Below the pieces are notes generated by a model. The model ran no database searches. It had not been told where the DNA came from and saw nothing but the letters and a program-made list of their open reading frames with translations. Below, one piece after another: positions 56,648-64,000 of a stretch of DNA of 64,000 bases. The stretch comes from Bacteroidia bacterium (GTDB lineage Bacteria; Bacteroidota; Bacteroidia; M30B66): contig OZ257142.1 of the NCBI GenBank assembly GCA_965279035.1, positions 512,001 through 576,000 on the forward strand. The letters are read 5' to 3'. Every line of letters starts with the position of its first letter. Positions within the stretch are counted from its first letter, which is position 1. Both the position numbers and the translations under genes were made by a program.

Positions 56648-58495
56648 TTATTCTACAGTAACCGATTTGGCCAAATTTCTTGGTTGATCTACGTTACATC
56701 CACGCATAATGGCAATGTGGTAAGCCAATAATTGCAATGGAATTACACTCATAAGTGGAGTTAATTCTTCTTCTACATCCGGAATTTCAATAGTATGATC
56801 AGCCAATGCAGAAACATCTTTATCTCCTTGCGTTACAATTGCGATGATTTTTCCGCCACGCGCTTTAACTTCTTGCACGTTGCTTAAGATTTTTTCATAA
56901 GCACCTCTACTTGGAGCAATAACTACAACAGGCATGTTCTCATCAATCAATGCAATCGGACCATGTTTCATTTCTGCAGCAGGATAACCTTCGGCATGGA
57001 TGTAGGAAATCTCTTTCAGTTTCAAAGCCCCTTCAAGTGCAATTGGGAAATTATAACTTCTTCCCAAATACAAGAAATTGTTAGCGTCTTTATAGATGGA
57101 ACTGATATACCGAATCTGATCATCGAGTTTCAACATCTCTTCAATTTTTGAAGGAAGTTGATCCAATCCATTCAACATTTGATGATATTTTGCTTGAGTA
57201 ATTGTGCCTTTTTTATTGGCAATTACTAAAGCCATCAGGGTAAGAACAGTTACTTGTGCAGTAAATGCTTTGGTTGATGCAACTCCAATCTCAGGACCAG
57301 CATGCGTATATGAACCCGCATGAGTTGCACGTGCGATCGAAGATCCAACCACATTGCAAATTCCAAAAATGGTTGCTCCTTTTGATTTGGCTAGTTCAAT
57401 TGCTGCAAGTGTATCGGCTGTTTCACCCGATTGACTGATCGCAATGACCACATCGTTTTCGGTGATGATTGGATTGCGGTAGCGAAATTCAGAAGCGTAT
57501 TCTACTTCAACTGGAATACGTGCCCAATCTTCGAACAAATATTCTCCCACTAATCCAGCATGCCATGAAGTACCACAAGCAACAATGATAATGCGATGTG
57601 CATTCATGATTTTGCTTTGATAATCGATGATACCGCCCAATGTTACTTCGCCTAGTTCGATATTTAATCGACCACGCATGTTATCACGTATAGAGCGAGG
57701 TTGCTCGTATATTTCCTTCAACATGAAATGCTCAAATCCACCTTTTTCAATGGTTTCGAGTTGCATTTCAAGCGCTTGTACATAGGGTGTTTTATCTTGG
57801 TTGCGGATGGTTTTGATTTTCATCTCCTTCCCCGTTTCCAAAATCACAATCTCTTCATCATCCAAATACACCACATTGCGCGTGTATTCAATAATTGGAG
57901 TTGCATCTGAAGCAATAAAATACTCATGATTTGGTCCTACGCCCACTACCAGTGGACTTCCTTTTTTAGCCCCAATCATCAAATCGGGATTTTCTTTCGA
58001 AAGAATCACAATAGCATAAGCACCAACTACTTGAGTAAGGGCGATTTGAACAGCCGTTACAAGATCAGTCTTTTCGTTTTCAAGCACATTCTCAATCAGG
58101 TAAATCAACACTTCTGTATCGGTGTCACTTTTGAAAATATGACCTCGGTTCTCGAGTTCTTTCTTCAACGAAGCATAATTCTCGATAATACCATTGTGGA
58201 TTATTACAAGTTTTCCAGATTCTGAAAAATGTGGATGAGCATTTTTATCATCAGGAACTCCATGAGTTGCCCAGCGAGTATGTCCCACACCAATATGTCC
58301 TGAAACATCTTTGTTTACAACAAAATGTTCTAAATCTGAAACTTTGCCTTTGCATTTAAACAAACGAATGTCATCGCCCGGTTTTATCAGAGCAACTCCA
58401 GCACTGTCATAGCCTCGGTATTCAAGACGGTGAAGACCTTTAAGCAAAATCGGGTAAGCTTCGCGCTCTCCCATGTAAGCTACAATTCCACACAT
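56648..58495 (-). CDS. glmS: Glutamine-fructose-6-phosphate transaminase
   Basis: MCGIV, LEYRGYDSAG, GHTRWATHG, SQSGETADT, DQPRNLAKSVTVE. Confidence 0.98.
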   Translation of the reverse strand: MCGIVAYMGEREAYPILLKGLHRLEYRGYDSAGVALIKPGDDIRLFKCKGKVSDLEHFVVNKDVSGHIGVGHTRWATHGVPDDKNAHPHFSESGKLVIIHNGIIENYASLKKELENRGHIFKSDTDTEVLIYLIENVLENEKTDLVTAVQIALTQVVGAYAIVILSKENPDLMIGAKKGSPLVVGVGPNHEYFIASDATPIIEYTRNVVYLDDEEIVILETGKEMKIKTIRNQDKTPYVQALEMQLETIEKGGFEHFMLKEIYEQPRSIRDNMRGRLNIELGEVTLGGIIDYQSKIMNAHRIIIVACGTSWHAGLVGEYLFEDWARIPVEVEYASEFRYRNPIITENDVVIAISQSGETADTLAAIELAKSKGATIFGICNVVGSSIARATHAGSYTHAGPEIGVASTKAFTAQVTVLTLMALVIANKKGTITQAKYHQMLNGLDQLPSKIEEMLKLDDQIRYISSIYKDANNFLYLGRSYNFPIALEGALKLKEISYIHAEGYPAAEMKHGPIALIDENMPVVVIAPSRGAYEKILSNVQEVKARGGKIIAIVTQGDKDVSALADHTIEIPDVEEELTPLMSVIPLQLLAYHIAIMRGCNVDQPRNLAKSVTVE

Positions 58496-58501
58496 ATATT
58501 T

Positions 58502-59836
58502 TTATTGTTGAGGTAAAACTTGATAAAGAAGTTCAAAACGAACAGGACGATTTTCTGATTGTCCACCGTTTAAAGGTACACGATAAGAACTAACACCTGT
58601 TCCAGTAGATTGAATAAACAATCCACGGTCTACTAAAAGGTTGTTAAGTATGCCTTGAATATAGCGAGACACATTAAAAACATAGTGTTTATTAACAGCA
58701 TCATAGGTACCACCAGCCCATGTATCACCAATAATTAAATCCGGTGTGGTTTGTAATTCACCATCTTCACCTTTCGTGATCAAATTCAATTGAGGATTGG
58801 GCAAGTATTTTCCTAAATCATCTATAGCTACAGGAACAAAAATTCGTGCTTCATTCACTAAAATATTTCTACCTGCTTGCCATGATTTTAGGTCTGGCAA
58901 GTCGATACGCGTTCTTAAACCAGCCATTGTTTGAGTATAACAACGAACATTGGCAAGAGCTGGAGTTGAAATCAAATTCGAAACATGTTCAGAATATTGA
59001 TGATTAAAACGAGTAAATCGTGAGCAGCTTTCATTGACAATGAAAGAGGTTCTTAAACTATCGTTAGCTGAGTTTTTATAATACAAATCCATTCTTGCCC
59101 CTGAAGTTAGGGTGAAATCGAGTATTGCACCAATTCCTGCTTGTGAATTCTGGGTTTCCGAACGAATGTAAATGCCCTTAAAAAATTGCACGAAAGCATC
59201 TCCATCGACCAAAGCTGATGGATTGTCATGAATTTGTTGAGCTATATCAATATTAAGTCGAATCCGAAGTTGGGGAGCTTCTTTTTTCCCTGTAACGTTA
59301 GCAGAATCCGAAAGAAGAGGAACAATGAAACCAGTTTGACCAATTGGTGTTGGCTCGATCGTTAAAGAATCGTTACTATAGAATGTGCTGCTTTGAGCAA
59401 AATCTTGAGTTACTCGATAAACAAAGAATTTTTGAAGACCGTTTAGTTTGGTAATATCTCCATAAAATCCACGGTAAGGAAATACCAAAACCAATGAATC
59501 AGGGCTAAAGCCATCTCCCAAATTAATATTACTTACACTTGGTCTTAACTGCGTATAAAATCCAGCACGCATGTTACCAAGCAATGGGTCGTTGTATGCG
59601 CCGAGCAGGTTGAGTGAAAGTTCGTCAGTTTTAACAGAATCCTCGCGTTCTAATGTTGTTCGAATTGTAAAGTCATTCTTACGAAGCATATTAACAGCAT
59701 CGGAAGGATTTTGAACTTCAAGACCTAAATCAGGTTGTTTGCACGAAGGCGACAACAGAAAAAGGAAGCTAAACAACAGGAAACCCGAAACTCTCCAATC
59801 GAAAAGTTCCGGGTATGAATGGCGATTTATTTTCAA
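58502..59836 (-). CDS. DUF4270 family lipoprotein
   Basis: Lipobox SPSC; LLGAYNDPLLG...FYTQL, FKGIYI; canonical position between the GT5 gene and glmS. Start moved to TTG 59836. Confidence 0.75.
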   Translation of the reverse strand: MKINRHSYPELFDWRVSGFLLFSFLFLLSPSCKQPDLGLEVQNPSDAVNMLRKNDFTIRTTLEREDSVKTDELSLNLLGAYNDPLLGNMRAGFYTQLRPSVSNINLGDGFSPDSLVLVFPYRGFYGDITKLNGLQKFFVYRVTQDFAQSSTFYSNDSLTIEPTPIGQTGFIVPLLSDSANVTGKKEAPQLRIRLNIDIAQQIHDNPSALVDGDAFVQFFKGIYIRSETQNSQAGIGAILDFTLTSGARMDLYYKNSANDSLRTSFIVNESCSRFTRFNHQYSEHVSNLISTPALANVRCYTQTMAGLRTRIDLPDLKSWQAGRNILVNEARIFVPVAIDDLGKYLPNPQLNLITKGEDGELQTTPDLIIGDTWAGGTYDAVNKHYVFNVSRYIQGILNNLLVDRGLFIQSTGTGVSSYRVPLNGGQSENRPVRFELLYQVLPQQ

Positions 59837-59858
59837 GGGAAACTGTAAAATTCGGAAT

Positions 59859-60692
59859 TTATTCAGCCATTTCGGCGACCGGCTCCCCCAGGAGAACCTC
59901 GTCATAAAATGCAGAATACGCATCTGCATAGGTTTCTTCCGTTTGAAGACCAAGAAGTGATTTCTTGTTTTCTTTCGCAAATTGAATAAGCTCTTCAGAA
60001 GCATTCTCATGAGCCACAATAACGCCATCAGCAAAACTTATTGCATGACGCATTAAATTTAAATAGCTTGGGTCTTTTAGTAATGAAACATCTTGCGTGT
60101 CAATACCATCCATGATTAGTTTCTCAGCGATGCGATGATCCATATTGGAAGTAAAAACATCATCATATAAAGAAACAACCAAACGACTTTCGGCAAATAA
60201 AGGATCGTCTTTAAAATTTCGTTTAATCAACACTGGAAGTAATGCAGCCATCCATCCATGACAATGAATTACATCAGGCGACCAGCCTAGTTTTTTCACT
60301 GTTTCAATTACTCCTTTGCAGAAAAATAACATACGCTCATCATTATCAGCATAGAACTGATCGTTCTTATCTGTAACAATAAATTTGCGTTGAAAATATT
60401 CTTCGTTATCGATGAAGTAAACCTGCATCCGAGCTGCCTGAATGGAAGCAACTTTAATGATTAGTGGTTGATCATTGTCGTCCACAATTAAATTCATCCC
60501 TGATAAACGAATAACTTCATGCAATTGGTTGCGGCGTTCATTAATACAACCGTAACGAGGCATAAACGTTCTAATTTCTCTTCCGCGTTCTTGAATGGCT
60601 TGAGGCAACTCACGAGCTACTTTCGATAAATTGGATTCCGGCAAATAAGGGGTGATCTCCTGTGAAACAAACAATACTCTTGTTTTCGTCAT
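59859..60692 (-). CDS. Glycogen/starch synthase N-terminal domain-only protein (Glyco_transf_5)
   Basis: RVLFVSQEITPY, IRTFMPRYG.INERRNQLHEVIRLSGMN, QVYFIDN, PDVIHCHGW; only 277 aa. Confidence 0.88.
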   Translation of the reverse strand: MTKTRVLFVSQEITPYLPESNLSKVARELPQAIQERGREIRTFMPRYGCINERRNQLHEVIRLSGMNLIVDDNDQPLIIKVASIQAARMQVYFIDNEEYFQRKFIVTDKNDQFYADNDERMLFFCKGVIETVKKLGWSPDVIHCHGWMAALLPVLIKRNFKDDPLFAESRLVVSLYDDVFTSNMDHRIAEKLIMDGIDTQDVSLLKDPSYLNLMRHAISFADGVIVAHENASEELIQFAKENKKSLLGLQTEETYADAYSAFYDEVLLGEPVAEMAE

Positions 60693-60809
60693 AGCAAGTC
60701 AATTAAGAAAAAGGAGGAAGATTTATGAAGTCATTCCATGAAGGAAAGCCGGCACTAAAAAAACAACGGCAGGAATGATCCATTTTCGGTGATTTGGTAA
60801 ATCAGATTA

Positions 60810-60860
60810 CAAAATTACGAAAAATTTTTGGTTAAAATCAAGGGCAATCATTTAGCTTTG
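60810..60860. promoter_or_regulatory. Divergent promoters for the GT5 operon and panC
   Basis: TAATTTTG on the minus strand (60817-60810) and TAGCTTTG on the plus strand (60853-60860). Confidence 0.65.
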
Positions 60861-60937
60861 CAGCCCTTGCCAACCTAATTGACGGATTAAGCGGATGTTA
60901 GCCATTTGATCATGCCTAGTATTTTCTTCAAAATTCC

Positions 60938-61783
60938 ATGATTCTTATACGCACCGTTTCTGAACTCAACCATTTTATAGGCCGAATTCGAGAAGAAAAG
61001 AAAAAACTTGGCTTTGTCCCTACTATGGGGGCTTTACACGAAGGTCATCTTTCGCTTATTCGAAGTTCTCAATCGGAAAACGACGCAACATTACTAAGCA
61101 TTTTCGTCAATCCTACCCAGTTTAACGAAAGTTCCGATTTTAAAAATTATCCTCGTACAGAGGAAAAAGATTTGAGCTTAATCGAATCATTGAATGTTCA
61201 GGCTGTATTTCTTCCTTCAACCTCCGAAATGTATGGTTCTGGAGAGAGTCATCTTCTAGATTTCCCCTTAAATGGTTTAGACTCAGTGATGGAAGGAAAG
61301 TATCGAAAAGGGCATTTTAACGGAGTTGTAACCATAGTAGATACATTCTTTTCCTTAATTCAACCCGATGCCGCTTATTTTGGGTTGAAGGACTTTCAAC
61401 AATTAGCAATCGTTCGACTTCTTGCTGAAAAAAGGCATCCTCATATCCGAATTATTGCCTGTCCAATCATTAGAGAAGAAGACGGTTTGGCGAAAAGTTC
61501 TCGTAATGCACTTTTGTCGGAAGAAGAAAGAAGAAAATCAGTTTTAATTTCTCAAGTACTATTTCAGATCAAAAATCAATGGAAGAGTCGGCCAATTGAG
61601 GAAATTATTGAAGAAGGTAAGGCTGCATTTTCACATTCAGATCTTCAACTTGAATACTTAGAAATTGCTGATTCAAAGAGTTTAGTTTCACTAAATAAAT
61701 ATTCTCAAAAGCCCGCTGTTGCTTGTATAGCAGCTCGTATTGGGAATGTTCGATTAATAGATAATTGCGAATTACCCGAATGA
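60938..61783 (+). CDS. panC: Pantoate-beta-alanine ligase
   Basis: [44 protein letters not shown]. Confidence 0.97.
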   Translation: MILIRTVSELNHFIGRIREEKKKLGFVPTMGALHEGHLSLIRSSQSENDATLLSIFVNPTQFNESSDFKNYPRTEEKDLSLIESLNVQAVFLPSTSEMYGSGESHLLDFPLNGLDSVMEGKYRKGHFNGVVTIVDTFFSLIQPDAAYFGLKDFQQLAIVRLLAEKRHPHIRIIACPIIREEDGLAKSSRNALLSEEERRKSVLISQVLFQIKNQWKSRPIEEIIEEGKAAFSHSDLQLEYLEIADSKSLVSLNKYSQKPAVACIAARIGNVRLIDNCELPE

Positions 61784-61829
61784 GCTTCTTTGTGGATTCG
61801 ATAGATTTGCCGTAGGTTTGCGCCCGTTT

Positions 61830-62180
61830 ATGCACATTCAGGTTCTAAAGTCTAAAATTCACCGAGTAACGGTAACAGAAGCCGATCTCAACTATATTGG
61901 AAGTGTAACCATTGATGAAAATTTGATGGATGCTGCCAATCTGATTGAAAATGAAAAAGTTCAGGTTCTGAATATGCACAATGGTGAGCGCTTGGAAACA
62001 TACGTGATCAAAGGTGCACGTGGCTCTGGTGTTATTTGTATGAATGGTCCAGCTGCCCGCAAAGTAACGGTTGGCGATATCATTATCATTATTTCATACG
62101 CAATGATGGATTTTGAAGAAGCTAAATCCTTTTCACCTTGGGTGATTTTTCCAGATACATCAACTAACAAATTAAAATAG
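61830..62180 (+). CDS. panD: Aspartate 1-decarboxylase
   Basis: [19 protein letters not shown] (G-S cleavage site), [14 protein letters not shown]. Start ATG 61830. Confidence 0.97.
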   Translation: MHIQVLKSKIHRVTVTEADLNYIGSVTIDENLMDAANLIENEKVQVLNMHNGERLETYVIKGARGSGVICMNGPAARKVTVGDIIIIISYAMMDFEEAKSFSPWVIFPDTSTNKLK

Positions 62181-62187
62181 GTCTTCT

Positions 62188-63249
62188 ATGTTGAAGCGTT
62201 TCTGGTCTGCCACTAAATACTATTTCTTTCTGGCGATCGGACTATTGCTACTGTATGTTGTATTCAAGGATGTAGATTTTCCTTGGATGTGGAACGAAAT
62301 AAAACATGCACATTTCGGTTGGGTATTCATTTCGTTTGTTTGTGGATTTATTGCCATGGCTATTCGTGCTTGGAGATGGAGAATCATGTTAGAGCCGCTC
62401 GGATATAAACCAAGTTTTCGAAATTGTTTTAATGGTGTTGCTATTGGATATCTTTCCAATATTGCTTTGCCTCGAATGGGAGAGGTGGTTCGTTGTACTA
62501 TTTTGAATCAAACCAACGGAATTCCTGTAACTAAACTATTCGGAACGGTTATTCTCGAACGAGTTATTGATGTATTGATCCTACTGAGTCTGATTGCAGT
62601 TGTGTTTTTTACTCAAATAGACCGTTTTGGGAAATTCTTCATGAACGAAGTTTTTGGGGACAAACTTTCTAAAATTCAGAGTTTCCTATCAGAATCTGGA
62701 TGGATTGTAATTCCATTGCTTATCATCATCCTCATTGCAGGAATAGTTCTGTTACGTTGGATTTTTACAAAGTACAAGGAGAATAAAATCATTCAAAAAG
62801 TGATTGAATTTGGGAAAGGAATTTCAGATGGGTTGATCACTTTATTTAGCATGAAACGGAAAGCCGAATTCCTGCTTCATACGTTTCTAATTTGGTTTTT
62901 GTATTTCGTAATGACTTGGATTTGCATATATGCTTACGATCCAACATCGAACTTATCACCTTTTGATGGATTGTTTTTGATGGTTGTTGGAGGTTTAGGA
63001 ATGTCGGCACCTGTTCAAGGTGGATTTGGAGCCTTTCATTATTTGGTTGAAAAAGCATTGTTTTTATACGATATCAAACCATCCATCAATGCCATAACTG
63101 GTGCTGAATTGAAACCAGGGCTTGTGTTTGCAACGATTGTTCATACAACACAGTTCGTAATGACTGTGGTAGCAGGCTTTATAGCATTAATAAGTGTTGC
63201 AATCCAACGCAAAAAGACCAATCCGGATGAGCCAGCTCCAAATCATTAG
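62188..63249 (+). CDS. Lysylphosphatidylglycerol synthase TM-domain (flippase-like) protein
   Basis: RAWRWRIML, PRMGEVVRC, GTVILERVID, PVQGGFGAFH; multi-TM. Confidence 0.88.
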   Translation: MLKRFWSATKYYFFLAIGLLLLYVVFKDVDFPWMWNEIKHAHFGWVFISFVCGFIAMAIRAWRWRIMLEPLGYKPSFRNCFNGVAIGYLSNIALPRMGEVVRCTILNQTNGIPVTKLFGTVILERVIDVLILLSLIAVVFFTQIDRFGKFFMNEVFGDKLSKIQSFLSESGWIVIPLLIIILIAGIVLLRWIFTKYKENKIIQKVIEFGKGISDGLITLFSMKRKAEFLLHTFLIWFLYFVMTWICIYAYDPTSNLSPFDGLFLMVVGGLGMSAPVQGGFGAFHYLVEKALFLYDIKPSINAITGAELKPGLVFATIVHTTQFVMTVVAGFIALISVAIQRKKTNPDEPAPNH

Positions 63250-63715
63250 TGAGAAAATATTTCCATTAGAAGCACTTTCGAAACGAACTTGGCTTTGGAA
63301 GTTTTTAGGGAATAAAATTGTTTTTACAAATGGTTGTTTCGATATACTACATCGTGGACATTTAGAATACCTCGCTTCTGCTTCAGATTTGGGAAATAAA
63401 CTCATTATCGGTTTAAATAGCGATGATTCTGTGAAACGACTAAAAGGGCCAGGACGACCAATCAATACATTTTCAGATCGTGCATTTGCACTTGCCTCTC
63501 TCCATTTTGTAGATGCAGTTGTTGAATTTAATGAAGACACTCCAATTCAATTAATTACTACCCTTTTGCCCGATGTTCTAGTAAAAGGTGGGGATTATAA
63601 TCGAGATACTATTGTTGGTGCCAACGAAGTTGAAAAAGCAGGTGGCAGCGTTGCCATTATTTCATTTAAAGAAGGATATTCAACTACTTCATTTTTGGAG
63701 AAAATTCGATCGTGA
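63227..63715 (+). CDS. rfaE2: D-glycero-beta-D-manno-heptose 1-phosphate adenylyltransferase (stand-alone RfaE domain II)
   Basis: VFTNGCFDILHRGH, GLNSDDSVKRLKGPGRP, PDVLVKGGDY, STT. Start ATG 63227. Confidence 0.92.
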   Translation: MSQLQIISEKIFPLEALSKRTWLWKFLGNKIVFTNGCFDILHRGHLEYLASASDLGNKLIIGLNSDDSVKRLKGPGRPINTFSDRAFALASLHFVDAVVEFNEDTPIQLITTLLPDVLVKGGDYNRDTIVGANEVEKAGGSVAIISFKEGYSTTSFLEKIRS

Positions 63716-63772
63716 AAGGTTCTTTGTGAATGATTTAATTTTCTTTAAGTTTGTGCATCGAAGAAGAATACA

Positions 63773-64000
63773 ATGAGAATACTACGACTTACTCAATTAA
63801 TTGTACTTCCATTCCTTCTCTTTCTTGCTTCTTGTTCAGGAAATCAAGAAAACGAATTGGTTGGAGTTTGGAAGGTGACTCGTTATGACGCTCTTCCCGA
63901 TGAGTATCCATATGTTGAATGGGAATTTACAAGTGATAACGATATCATTAAAAGACCTGTTAAAGAAACAGGATATGATGATTTCTACATTACAACTGGA
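63773..64000 (+). CDS. Lipoprotein, lipocalin-like, truncated by the window edge
   Basis: Manual translation: MRILRLTQLIVLPFLLFLASCSGNQENELVGVWKVT...; lipobox LASC and LVGxW motif; TAAGTTTG upstream. Confidence 0.7.
   Translation, partial: MRILRLTQLIVLPFLLFLASCSGNQENELVGVWKVTRYDALPDEYPYVEWEFTSDNDIIKRPVKETGYDDFYITTG

Noticed and set aside
1-64000. tRNA, rRNA, CRISPR arrays, IS elements, known riboswitches
   Set aside because: No recognisable signatures in the intergenic regions by eye; tRNAscan and Infernal were not run.

Overview
AT-rich chromosomal segment of a free-living Bacteroidota bacterium. Evidence for the lineage: porZ-recO, T9SS-sorted proteins, rplM-rpsI-rpsB-tsf-pyrH-frr, GT5-DUF4270-glmS divergent from panC-panD, TAnnTTTG promoters and no Shine-Dalgarno sites. 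It holds about 55 genes, mostly housekeeping (suf operon lacking sufB, queA-ispD-purD, pfkA, serS, hutU, cystathionine beta-synthase). I saw no rRNA, tRNA, CRISPR array, integrase or transposase. Main observations: (1) two small integrase-free inserts, a Kelch/T9SS gene and a DUF433/DUF5615 toxin-antitoxin pair, each bracketed by a diverged second copy of a neighbouring host gene's terminus; (2) two AAA_14/DUF4143 ATPase-nuclease genes, each with a long operator-like repeat over an apparently leaderless promoter; (3) a predicted surface lipoprotein truncated globin with an apolar distal pocket, paired with an HMA-like protein ending in CPFH; (4) a Flavo-1-like structured element; (5) a recurring TAnnTTTG-N4-ATG leaderless-type layout; (6) a probable 1-nt indel in the rpsB tail. 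All calls come from motif recognition by eye; no database searches were run.
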